Origin: Bacteroidales bacterium
GTDB lineage: Bacteria; Bacteroidota; Bacteroidia; Bacteroidales; FEN-979
Length of the DNA: 64,000 nucleotides
Reading direction: 5' to 3'
Assembly: GCA_038244085.1 (NCBI GenBank)
Contig: JBBRTX010000001.1
Location: 138,064 to 202,063, forward strand
This document shows, piece by piece, positions 29,394 through 38,152 of this stretch. The position numbers were made by a program, and so were the translations under genes. Numbering within the stretch: the stretch's first letter is position 1; each line of letters starts with the position of its first letter. The notes beneath the pieces were generated by a model. It saw nothing but the letters and a program-made list of their open reading frames with translations, ran no database searches and had not been told where the DNA came from.

Positions 29394-29464
29394 CACCTCA
29401 TCCCCTGCACCCCTTCTCCTTAAGACCCCTTCTCCTTAAGGAGAAGGGGCCGGGGGTTGAGGTG
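29394..29464. repeat. compound palindromic (REP/MITE-like) element between convergent genes
   Basis: Outer arms CACCTCATCCCC / GGGGGTTGAGGTG enclose a perfect 24-nt palindrome CCCCTTCTCCTTAAGGAGAAGGGG. An extra direct copy of CCCCTTCTCCTTAAG precedes the palindrome. Confidence 0.6.
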
Positions 29465-29914
29465 AATAGATTAAAATTGCACTTTCTGCTTATCAACTCC
29501 GAAACACAATAATCTCCTTCACATTATTACATCTTTTACCCGTTGATCCAGGGAAAAAAATGAGTCAATCTACCTATTTCATCTCCTGTGGGCAGACATT
29601 ACATTTAGTGCTGGTAAAGCTCAGGGAAAATGAAAGGCACGAGGGAAAGAATATGGGTGTTGTCAATCTTATTAACCATCTCTATGGTGGGTTACTCTCA
29701 GGAAACCCAGCCAGAATTGAGGAACAATGCAGAAATCAAAAATGTTACCCTATCGGGGCTTCTTCCTGTGATGGATATCCAGTTTAAACCAATTGAACAG
29801 AACCATCGTACCTCCTCAGTTCTCTTTATCGGAAGGAAAACCACAGGTTTTTACCTGGCCATTTATGATGGTTCGGAGGATGCTGAAGATACAGTGGCGA
29901 AAGAGAAGAAACCG

Positions 29915-30379
29915 TTACTGGATCAGTTTCATCAGATTTGCCATCTCGATAGCAGCAAGAGAAGCATCGAAACCTTTGTTTCCGCTCTTGGTACCGGCTC
30001 TTTCAATGGCCTGTTCGATATTTTCGGTAGTAAGAACCCCGAAAATAACCGGGACACCGGACTCGAGACCAGCCTGGGCAATTCCCTTGGAAACTTCCGC
30101 AGCCACGTAATCAAAATGCGGTGTTGCGCCGCGAATGACAGCTCCCAGGCAAATAATCGCATCATATTTGGCGGACGTCGCCAGTGTTTTTGCAAGTAAA
30201 GGCATTTCAAATGCACCGGGAGCCCAAACGGTCTCAATGTCAGCTTCTTTGGCACCATGACGAACTAATCCGTCGAGACAGCCTGTCAGCAGCTTTCCGC
30301 TGATAAATTCGTTGAACCGGGTTATGACGATTGCGAATTTCAATCCTTTGGCATCCAGTTTTCCTTCGATTGTTTTCAT
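29915..30379 (-). CDS. ribH: 6,7-dimethyl-8-ribityllumazine synthase
   Basis: [26 protein letters not shown]...[10 protein letters not shown]...HFDYVA are lumazine synthase signatures. The start is placed at ATG 30379, downstream of the ribBA stop; the longest ORF (to 30514) overlaps ribBA. Confidence 0.9.
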   Translation of the reverse strand: MKTIEGKLDAKGLKFAIVITRFNEFISGKLLTGCLDGLVRHGAKEADIETVWAPGAFEMPLLAKTLATSAKYDAIICLGAVIRGATPHFDYVAAEVSKGIAQAGLESGVPVIFGVLTTENIEQAIERAGTKSGNKGFDASLAAIEMANLMKLIQ

Positions 30380-30401
30380 TTCAGAGTGGTTTTGGTTTGC
30401 G

Positions 30402-31649
30402 TTATCTTTTTCCATTTGGTCCCGCTTTGGGGAGGATTTCGTCGGAGAAATGCATAAAGTGTCCGAGTTTCTCTTTTTTTGTTTTAAGATACCGGACATT
30501 CTTGGAGTTTTCATTCATCTGGATCGGGAGCCGTTCGACAATTTCGAGCCCGAATCCTGCGACACCCGAAACTTTCTTCGGATTATTGGTGAGTAAACGA
30601 ATTTTTTTGACGCCAAGGTCAGCCAGGATCTCTGCTCCTGTTCCATACTCCCGGAGATCAGCCGCAAAACCCAGCGCCTCGTTTGCTTCCACAGTATCCA
30701 TACCGCCATCCTGCAGTGAATAGGCTCTCAATTTGTTCAAAAGGCCGATTCCCCTTCCTTCCTGCCGCATATAAAGGAAAACGCCCCTGCCCTCTTTGGC
30801 AATCCGGATCATGGCATCTGCCAGCTGTTCCCCGCAATCACAGCGAAGTGAACCGAAGACATCGCCGGTAAGACATTCCGAATGAACCCTTACGATTACC
30901 GGGTTCCCATCGGTAACGTCTCCCTTGACCAATGCGATATGATTTTCGCCGGAAATCTTGCTTTCGTAACTGTAAGCGGTAAATTCTCCGTACTTGGTTG
31001 GCATCTTTACTACCGAGATCCTCGTTACCAGTGATTCCGTGCGACGGCGGTACTGGATCAGGTCGAGGATGGTGATAATTTTCAGCTTGTACTTTTCCAC
31101 ATAATCCATCAACTCCGGAACCCTGGCCATGCTGCCATCTTCATTCATGATTTCGCAGATCACCCCGGCTGGAAAAAGACCTGCCATCCTGGCCAGGTCC
31201 ACCGATGCTTCGGTATGACCTGCCCTCACCAAAACGCCGCCTTCACGGTATTCGATGGGAAAAATATGACCCGGACGTGTAAATTCTTTCGGGGTAGTTC
31301 TTGGATCGATCAGCTTATGAATGGTTAATGACCGCTCCTGGGCTGAAATACCGGTTTTGCATTCGCAGGCATCGACCGAAACCGTGAAAGCTGTTTTGTT
31401 CGGATCTGTATTCTTGGCTACCATCCGTTCAATATTCAATTCTTCAAGTCGCTCCCGGATCACGGGAAGACAAATAAGGCCTCCGGCGTGTTTTGCCATG
31501 AAATTCACAATGGCGGGAGTGACTTTTTCAGCAGCAATAACCAGGTCACCTTCATTTTCCCGGTCCTCATCATCTACTACCACAATCATCTTCCCATTGC
31601 GGATATCTTCAATGGCTTCATCAATCGTATTAAACTTAAACTTTTTCAT
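30402..31649 (-). CDS. ribBA: bifunctional 3,4-dihydroxy-2-butanone-4-phosphate synthase / GTP cyclohydrolase II
   Basis: DHBP synthase motifs ([25 protein letters not shown]) and GTP cyclohydrolase II motifs ([34 protein letters not shown]) are both present. Confidence 0.95.
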   Translation of the reverse strand: MKKFKFNTIDEAIEDIRNGKMIVVVDDEDRENEGDLVIAAEKVTPAIVNFMAKHAGGLICLPVIRERLEELNIERMVAKNTDPNKTAFTVSVDACECKTGISAQERSLTIHKLIDPRTTPKEFTRPGHIFPIEYREGGVLVRAGHTEASVDLARMAGLFPAGVICEIMNEDGSMARVPELMDYVEKYKLKIITILDLIQYRRRTESLVTRISVVKMPTKYGEFTAYSYESKISGENHIALVKGDVTDGNPVIVRVHSECLTGDVFGSLRCDCGEQLADAMIRIAKEGRGVFLYMRQEGRGIGLLNKLRAYSLQDGGMDTVEANEALGFAADLREYGTGAEILADLGVKKIRLLTNNPKKVSGVAGFGLEIVERLPIQMNENSKNVRYLKTKKEKLGHFMHFSDEILPKAGPNGKR

Positions 31650-31663
31650 TGCTTTATTGCAGA

Positions 31664-32302
31664 TTAAATAAAATCGTTTTTAGTAAGAAATTCCAGATCA
31701 ATCCTGCTATCTGTTCCCGGTTTAAAAAGTTTTTCGACATATTTCCCGATCAGATCGCATTCGATATTTACCAGGTCGCCTGTTTTCCGTCCGGTGAGGT
31801 TGGTCTGCGATTGTGTATGCGGGATGACTGAAACATCAAAAGTGTTTTTCTCGACTTTGGCAACCGTGAGGCTGATCCCGTCGATGGCTACAGAACCTTT
31901 TACTACGATATACCTGAGAATGTCGGGATCAGCAGAAATCCTGTACCAGATGGCATTTTCATCCTTCCAGGAATTCATGATCTTTCCGGAGCCATCGATA
32001 TGACCCGAAACCAGGTGACCTCCAAGCCGGTCAGAAAGACGGACCGCCCGTTCGAGGTTTACTTTTGTCCCGGTCTGAATTTGTCTGAACCCTGTTCTCG
32101 ACATCGTTTCCGGCATAACATCCACTGTAAAGGAGTTTTCATCAAATGCAGTTACCGTAAGACAAACGCCGTTGGTATTGATGCTGTCGCCAATTTTCAG
32201 GTCTTCATTAACCAGTTTGGAAGCAACCGAGAGTTGAATGGCCGTGGAACCTTTCCGGATGGCCTTTACCGTACCTATTTCCTCTATGATACCTGTGAAC
32301 AT
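31664..32302 (-). CDS. ribE: riboflavin synthase alpha chain
   Basis: [12 protein letters not shown], the duplicated [13 protein letters not shown] / [12 protein letters not shown] barrel motifs and [11 protein letters not shown] are present. Confidence 0.9.
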   Translation of the reverse strand: MFTGIIEEIGTVKAIRKGSTAIQLSVASKLVNEDLKIGDSINTNGVCLTVTAFDENSFTVDVMPETMSRTGFRQIQTGTKVNLERAVRLSDRLGGHLVSGHIDGSGKIMNSWKDENAIWYRISADPDILRYIVVKGSVAIDGISLTVAKVEKNTFDVSVIPHTQSQTNLTGRKTGDLVNIECDLIGKYVEKLFKPGTDSRIDLEFLTKNDFI

Positions 32303-32303
32303 T

Positions 32304-33401
32304 TTATTTTCCTCCTTTTCCCGGATAAGCCTCTATGCAAATATCGTCACCGATCTTTCTGATCTGCATATTTTTCAGTTCAATTGCATCTTCCATTCTC
32401 GAAATTCCTTCTCCACCCACGGGTGTTACAGCTTCTTTACCACCGATGATCTTAGGTGCGATGAAACTGATCACCTTATCGACCAAGCCTTCCCTGAGCA
32501 CGGAAAAGGCCAGTGTACTTCCGCCTTCAATCAAAACGCTGTCGATTCCCATTTTTCCAAGTGCATCAAAGAGAAAGGGCAGGTCGGTTTTATCATCCTT
32601 TACCGGGCAGATCAAAACCTGGGCTCCCATTCTTTCAAGGGCTTTAACCTTCTCCGGATCCGCCCGCTCTGTTGAAGCAAATAAAGTCAGCTGTGGATCA
32701 TTTTTCATGATATTCGCTTCAGGAGTGGTTTTGCAATAAGTATCCACGATGACTTTCAGGGGATTCCGGCTTTCTGCCGAGCGCCGGATATTCAGCATCG
32801 GATCATCATACAGAATGGTATTGACTCCCATCATGATGGCACTGTATGCATGACGCAAGTCGTGGACATAAGCCCTTGACTTTTCGCCGGATATCCATCT
32901 TGAGGCATTGGTTACGGTTGCGATTTTCCCATCCAGGGTCATTGCGGTTTTCAATATTCCAAAGGGTTTCCCGGTTGTGATATATTTTATAAAAACCAGG
33001 TTCAGTTGTTCAGCCTCTTCCGCCAGTATTCCGGTGGTTACCTCAATCCCGTGTTGCCGGAGAAAAAGGATCCCTTTACCTTTTACCAATGGATTGGGAT
33101 CTTCCATTCCAATCACCACTCTCCTGATTCCCCGGGAAACAATCAGCTCCACGCAGGGCGGTGTTTTTCCATGATGGGAACAAGGTTCCAGGTTAACATA
33201 CAAAGTGGCGTCTGTCAGGTCTTCGCCAATACCGGCTAACGCATTTACCTCGGCATGGGGAGCGCCAAAATGATGGTGATACCCTTCTGCGATCATTTTA
33301 TTATCCCTGACAAGCACTGCTCCGACCATCGGGTTGGGATTGACCCAGCCAATGCCTCTTCTGGCAAGCAGAATCGCCCGTCGCATATATTTTTCGTCCA
33401 T
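32304..33401 (-). CDS. ribD: bifunctional riboflavin biosynthesis deaminase/reductase RibD
   Basis: The CMP/dCMP deaminase zinc motif (HAEVNAL...PCSHHGKTPPC) is followed by a reductase domain (LIEGGSTLA). The start is placed at ATG 33401 (MDEKYMRRAILLA); the ATG at 33425 abuts the terminator T-tract. Confidence 0.9.
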   Translation of the reverse strand: MDEKYMRRAILLARRGIGWVNPNPMVGAVLVRDNKMIAEGYHHHFGAPHAEVNALAGIGEDLTDATLYVNLEPCSHHGKTPPCVELIVSRGIRRVVIGMEDPNPLVKGKGILFLRQHGIEVTTGILAEEAEQLNLVFIKYITTGKPFGILKTAMTLDGKIATVTNASRWISGEKSRAYVHDLRHAYSAIMMGVNTILYDDPMLNIRRSAESRNPLKVIVDTYCKTTPEANIMKNDPQLTLFASTERADPEKVKALERMGAQVLICPVKDDKTDLPFLFDALGKMGIDSVLIEGGSTLAFSVLREGLVDKVISFIAPKIIGGKEAVTPVGGEGISRMEDAIELKNMQIRKIGDDICIEAYPGKGGK

Positions 33402-33425
33402 GAATATGTCAGTGGTTCTGACCAT

Positions 33426-33461
33426 AAAAAAAGCCCTGAAGTATATAATACCTCCAGGGCT
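33426..33461 (-). terminator. intrinsic terminator forming the expression platform of the FMN riboswitch
   Basis: On the minus strand the stem AGCCCTG(GAGG)...(CTTC)AGGGCT is followed by seven T residues. It sits between the aptamer and the ribD start. Confidence 0.65.
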
Positions 33462-33500
33462 TTCAGATATTTTAAAACTGAATAATCGACAATTTTAAAA

Positions 33501-33622
33501 TCATTTCTTCTTTCATCCAGACTTTACTGTCGGTGCCGTAGTTTCAACGGCTCAACCAGTTTTTTCAAGCTGGCTCGCGGACTTTACCGCCGGTCGGGAA
33601 TTTCACCCTGCCCTGAAGAAAT
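33501..33622 (-). promoter_or_regulatory. FMN riboswitch (RFN element) aptamer
   Basis: The minus strand reads ...CAGGGCAGGGTGAAATTCCCGACCGGCGGTAAAGTCCGCGAGCC...GGTTGAGCCGTTGAAACTACGGCACCGACAGTAAAGTCTGGATGAAAGAAG. These are the conserved RFN core segments, in the expected position upstream of ribD. Confidence 0.9.
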
Positions 33623-33632
33623 TATTTTTTTG

Positions 33633-33640
33633 CAAAGATA
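33633..33640 (-). promoter_or_regulatory. candidate -7 promoter box (TATCTTTG) for the riboswitch-rib operon transcript
   Basis: The reverse complement of CAAAGATA matches TAnnTTTG and lies ~10 nt upstream of the first conserved riboswitch nucleotides. Confidence 0.45.
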
Positions 33641-33682
33641 CGAAAACAAATCTATTGTGAATCACTTCACAACAATTTTATT

Positions 33683-36061
33683 CTACCGGATCATCATTTT
33701 CCCGGTAGCCGAGTTTCCGTTTGACTGAACTTTCACAAAATAGAGTCCTTTCGGATATTTGGAAAGGTCAATATTCTTTTCCAGGAAAGTGTTTCCGGAA
33801 GAAATCTGTTCTTCCAGTACAGAAACACCCTGGATATTGGAAACGGTGATCTTAAGGGTTCCTTTGATTCCGCCAACTCTGATGGTAAACAAACCATCAG
33901 AAGGGTTAGGTGTTAGCTGGATACCAAAAGCTGCACCCGTTAGATCATTGATTCCTGTGCAAGGGTCCAGTATAACCACAATGGTATCTACATAAGCGGT
34001 TGTACAAGTTCCCATTGGGTATGCTGTAAGGGTCAATGTGACAACTCCGGCAACTTTATCCAGTGCTCCCGGGGTATAGAGGCTATAGAGGGTGGTTTCA
34101 TTATTAAAGGTTCCGTCACCCAGGGTTTGCCAGCGTGTATGATCTGCGAAAGTTGCCTGTCCGGAAACCGGCCATAAAGGGAACTGGATGCAATAGGTAG
34201 TATCATTCCCGGCAAAAGCAGTAGGTTCCTGAGCTACGGTTACTTCCACGGTATCCATTTTGGTTTCCACACCATCATTGAGGGTTATGACATATTTTGT
34301 CGTAATCAACGGCGTAACACTTGGGTTTGCAATGGCTGAAGTAAATCCTGCAGGAATGGATGTCCATGCATAGGTATAAGTTCCCGAACCACCGGTTCCC
34401 AGCGCATTCAATTGAGAGGATTCACCGAGACAGATCGCCTCAGGTGTTGCAGAGGCGGTCACAGAAAAAATATTGGCAAAACTAAAGGAGCCAATACGGG
34501 TTTTCCAGTTTGCCTGCGACATGTTTGTATAATATTCGGTGGTGTACCAGAAGGTTGCGGGTGAAGATGGGTCGACACTCATTGCTGAGTAATCCCCCCA
34601 GCGACTGGGTGATCCGCTCCAGGTATTGGTTTGGGAGCCGCCTCCGTTTACAATGCCACCTTCCTGGATGGTCATGACATTCAGGGGATCGGTAGCCAAT
34701 CGTCCGGTATAGCGGATTGAGGGAAACATGGTAGAACTGGAGATAGAATAGCCCAGCGCGATATTTCCTGCGGTATCCATTGCGATGCTTCCCATCCAAC
34801 GGCAATTGTTATCGGGGGAATAAGTTGCCTGCTGATAGATGTACCAGGGGTTGGTTCCTTCTTTCCTTAACTCATACCATCTCTGGCCAGCGACGTTTGA
34901 ACCCACGTTGACAGTTCCACAGGCGACCATAGACCAATGCGTTGAAAATTTCCTGAACGGCAGACGGAACATGATACGGCCAGATATTGCATCAAGCTTC
35001 ACACTGGTTCCTTTTTGAGGAATTCCTCCGCTGATACTTCCGGCGAAAGCGTTTACGGGAAGGTTGATACCCAATGAATACGTCGAAGCTGTAGGGTTGG
35101 CCCAGTCAGCATGAAATTCATAGATGGCAAGACGATCTGGACCGTCATTTTGATAGGTAAAATAATTCGGCGTTCCAACCGGAGGAAAAGCACCGTCACA
35201 ATCCGATGGCAACACCGCATAAGGTTCTGCGGAAGAACTTAAGGTTTTCAAAATCATGGTGGCTGAAGGGTCGCCGGCAATCATCTTGGTACGATCCATT
35301 GCAATAGCTCCGGTTCCCATATAAGAAAGGGACCCTGATGAAAATCGGTTGATCGACATGTAATAACCATCGGGCCATACACCGATCTTTGGATAGTCAG
35401 GCATATCAGTGAACTGGAACTGGTACCTGTACCAGGTACCGGTCGGGTCTGCCGTTTGGGAGATGGCAACATTTTCGTAGAAGGGGCCATTCGGGTAATT
35501 GGGTAATGAAAACTGGCTGAACAACCATCTGTCTGCAACTTCATCATAAATCACAACAGCATCTCCATCATTGGAGTTGTTTGGCAAACCTGAAAAAATG
35601 GTGCTGTTATTGGAGGGCCCGAGCAGTTTTACCCCACTCTTGTTAAAGATAGAATACTTAACATTGACGACCTGAAAATAATGGTTAGGTCCTACATCGC
35701 CGTCTGTATCAGGAGGGCACATACTTCCATCACCTGCAACTCCGTCGAAATTCTGGATGGTGGTATCCGCTACTGAACCGAACCAGTTCTGAACAATGGG
35801 ATCGTTTTCGTAGGGATTGTCATTTTCTTTGTTTCCCCGTGCATGAAGGATGTTTTTAACCACCCCATCCTTCCATGATGTTTCAACTTTTTCCGGAGCC
35901 ATTTTAACCATATCCCGCAAAGGCGGAGAGACATCAAAATAATTGGCTTTGATTACAGTGGTTTTTGAAGCCTGGTTCTGGGAAAATGAAAAATTCACAA
36001 AAAATATGCACGCAAACAGGAGTACGATTTTCTTCATGGGCTTTAGTATTTTAATTTTCAC
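33683..36061 (-). CDS. secreted hypothetical protein with T9SS type A C-terminal sorting domain
   Basis: It has a signal peptide and a ~520-aa N-terminal region of unknown function (PPDTDGDVGPNHYFQVVN..., possibly propeller-like). Ig-like modules follow (EAICLGESSQLNALGTGGSGTYTYAW). The tail is a Por_Secre_tail-like CTD (LTPNPSDGLFTI...LSKYPKGLYFVKVQSNGNSATGKMMIR). Confidence 0.7.
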   Translation of the reverse strand: MKIKILKPMKKIVLLFACIFFVNFSFSQNQASKTTVIKANYFDVSPPLRDMVKMAPEKVETSWKDGVVKNILHARGNKENDNPYENDPIVQNWFGSVADTTIQNFDGVAGDGSMCPPDTDGDVGPNHYFQVVNVKYSIFNKSGVKLLGPSNNSTIFSGLPNNSNDGDAVVIYDEVADRWLFSQFSLPNYPNGPFYENVAISQTADPTGTWYRYQFQFTDMPDYPKIGVWPDGYYMSINRFSSGSLSYMGTGAIAMDRTKMIAGDPSATMILKTLSSSAEPYAVLPSDCDGAFPPVGTPNYFTYQNDGPDRLAIYEFHADWANPTASTYSLGINLPVNAFAGSISGGIPQKGTSVKLDAISGRIMFRLPFRKFSTHWSMVACGTVNVGSNVAGQRWYELRKEGTNPWYIYQQATYSPDNNCRWMGSIAMDTAGNIALGYSISSSTMFPSIRYTGRLATDPLNVMTIQEGGIVNGGGSQTNTWSGSPSRWGDYSAMSVDPSSPATFWYTTEYYTNMSQANWKTRIGSFSFANIFSVTASATPEAICLGESSQLNALGTGGSGTYTYAWTSIPAGFTSAIANPSVTPLITTKYVITLNDGVETKMDTVEVTVAQEPTAFAGNDTTYCIQFPLWPVSGQATFADHTRWQTLGDGTFNNETTLYSLYTPGALDKVAGVVTLTLTAYPMGTCTTAYVDTIVVILDPCTGINDLTGAAFGIQLTPNPSDGLFTIRVGGIKGTLKITVSNIQGVSVLEEQISSGNTFLEKNIDLSKYPKGLYFVKVQSNGNSATGKMMIR

Positions 36062-36174
36062 AAAAGTAAATGTTTTTTCGATGCATATTGATTCATCTTC
36101 GGATAAAAAATCATAAAACCGGTCGGGATAAAAACAGTTTTAGTATCTTTAGCCATCTGTTAACGGTTTATACT

Positions 36175-36879
36175 ATGAATATCATCATAACAGGAGCAAG
36201 CAAAGGCATTGGCGCTGAACTGGTAAGGGTGCTCACCAAACACAAGGGAAATCATATTGTGGCCATCTCCAGGAACGGGGAGGCGCTTCGTAAACTTCAG
36301 GCTGAGTGCATGAAGCTGAATCCCGACGGAAAACTGCTAACGGCTGAATTTGATCTCTCCCAATTCGAGTTTTATCCTTTTCTCCTGCAGAAAATCGAGG
36401 CGTTCATGCGTCGCTGTGACATCCTGATCAATAATGCCGGAAGGTTGGTGAATAAAACCATTGAGAAAACCAGCCTGATGGAATTTGACGAAGTGTTCAA
36501 TGTCAACGTAAAGAGCGTTTTTTTCCTGACACAAACCTTGTTGCCGATCATGGCAAAAGGTACACATATCGTGAATATCAGCAGCATCGGCGGGTATCAG
36601 GGAACGAAGAAGTATGCCGGACTTGCCGCCTACAGCTCCAGCAAAGGGGCTATGGCCATCCTTACCGAAGCGATGGCAGAAGAGCTGAAGGACCGGGAGA
36701 TTTCGGTGAATTGCCTGGCACTGGGCGCCGTTCAGACTGAGATGTTTGAAAGAGCCTTTCCCGGAATGAAAGCGCTACAAACCCCGGCTTCAATGGCAGC
36801 TTATATTGCTGATTTTGCCGTTTCGGGTCAGAAATATTTTAACGGGAAAGTAATTCCGGTTTCCCTGAGCATACCCTGA
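36175..36879 (+). CDS. short-chain dehydrogenase/reductase (SDR) family oxidoreductase
   Basis: MNIIITGASKGIGAEL (TGxxxGIG) and the YSSSK catalytic motif are present. The start is placed at ATG 36175. Confidence 0.85.
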   Translation: MNIIITGASKGIGAELVRVLTKHKGNHIVAISRNGEALRKLQAECMKLNPDGKLLTAEFDLSQFEFYPFLLQKIEAFMRRCDILINNAGRLVNKTIEKTSLMEFDEVFNVNVKSVFFLTQTLLPIMAKGTHIVNISSIGGYQGTKKYAGLAAYSSSKGAMAILTEAMAEELKDREISVNCLALGAVQTEMFERAFPGMKALQTPASMAAYIADFAVSGQKYFNGKVIPVSLSIP

Positions 36880-36889
36880 TAAGGGATTT

Positions 36890-38113
36890 CTACAGATAAT
36901 CTTCCGCTTTGCCTTTCACAAAAGGCTCGATCGCCCGGTTATAGATTCCGTGTAAATAGGCTATGGCCATTCCGTAGTTGGTGACGGGTATTCCTGCGTC
37001 AACGGCGGGCTTCAGCCGATTGATCATTTGTTTTCGGGTAATCATGCATCCGCCGCATTGAATCACCATTGCATAATCTGTGATCGGCCGCGGAATGGCA
37101 TTCAATCCGGGAACTGTGTCAAATTCCAGTTTCAGCCCGTTAAAGTTGCTCAGCCAGCGTGGTATCTTAGTCCTTCCAATGTCATCGCATGAGACGTGGT
37201 GGGTGCAGGACTCGAGGATGAGCACCCGGTCGCCGCTTTTCAGTTTGGCCAAATGGGGCGTTCCACGTAAAAAATTGGCAAAATCGCCCTTTTGCCTGGC
37301 CAGGACGATGCTGAAACTGGTCAACGGGATCTCTTTCGGGATGGCCGCATCGGCTTTCGGGAAGACCTGGCTGTCGGTGATAACCAGCGCCGGTTTGGGA
37401 TTCATCTTCCTGATATAGGCATCCACTTCCCTCTCCTTACAAACCACCGCGATTCCATCATGATCCAGGACATCACGGATCACCTGGACTTGCGGAAGTA
37501 TCATTCTTCCTTCCGGAGCCTCAATATCGATTGGTGTTATTAGTAAAACCGTATCTCCGTAAGAAATCAAATCCCCGATGAGCGGCTTTTTGCGGTAGGC
37601 AGTCTCCGGCATCTGTTGCTGAATGATCCGGATCAATTCTTCGGGTTGAGTGTTGGATACCGCGCTGAAAGACAGGACGGGAACGGAATACTCAGCAGCT
37701 AGCTGCGTCTTGAGGTCAGGATTCAGCGGTATTTCATCTTCTTTATTATGCAAGATGATAAAAGGGACTTCATTTTTCTCAAAATCCTTGACGAGGGAAG
37801 TTTCGGGATCTTCAAACTGGTTATTGACAATTACAAGGATGGCGAGATCGATGATGCTGAGCATTTCTTTTGACCGGGCAATCCGTTTTGCACCCAGTTC
37901 GCCGGTATCATCAATCCCCGCAGTATCAATGACAATGGCAGGGCCGATTCCGGCAATTTCGATGGATTTTTTAACCGGATCGGTGGTTGTACCCGCCACA
38001 TCGGAAACGATCGCGGTTTCTTGTCCGGTCAGGGCATTGATGAGGGAGCTTTTTCCGTTATTTCTTCTTCCGAAGATCCCGATATGGGGTTTATTATCGC
38101 GGCCTTTCGACAT
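36890..38113 (-). CDS. hydF: [FeFe]-hydrogenase H-cluster maturation GTPase HydF
   Basis: The N-terminal GTPase has GIFGRRNNGKSSLINALTG, DVAGTTTD and DTAGID motifs. The C-terminal cluster-binding region has CTH...QCGGC (CxH...xCxxC). The start is placed at ATG 38113 (MSKGRDNKPH). Confidence 0.85.
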   Translation of the reverse strand: MSKGRDNKPHIGIFGRRNNGKSSLINALTGQETAIVSDVAGTTTDPVKKSIEIAGIGPAIVIDTAGIDDTGELGAKRIARSKEMLSIIDLAILVIVNNQFEDPETSLVKDFEKNEVPFIILHNKEDEIPLNPDLKTQLAAEYSVPVLSFSAVSNTQPEELIRIIQQQMPETAYRKKPLIGDLISYGDTVLLITPIDIEAPEGRMILPQVQVIRDVLDHDGIAVVCKEREVDAYIRKMNPKPALVITDSQVFPKADAAIPKEIPLTSFSIVLARQKGDFANFLRGTPHLAKLKSGDRVLILESCTHHVSCDDIGRTKIPRWLSNFNGLKLEFDTVPGLNAIPRPITDYAMVIQCGGCMITRKQMINRLKPAVDAGIPVTNYGMAIAYLHGIYNRAIEPFVKGKAEDYL

Positions 38114-38152
38114 GAGCAGGGTTTGTGGAAGCAAAGGTACGGAAATAAGGAA

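Noticed and set aside
29199-29396. 65-aa minus-strand ORF (MLGLIPRSLLRE...TPLLCGGE...).
   Set aside because: It is produced by reading through the GC-rich hairpin repeat elements. The SLLR / LLCGG peptides are translations of the palindromes, not a protein.
30380-30514. N-terminal 45-codon extension of the ribH ORF overlapping the end of ribBA.
   Set aside because: Lumazine synthase homology begins at MKTIEGKL (ATG 30379), which lies just downstream of the ribBA stop. The extension is the ribBA 3' end read in another frame.
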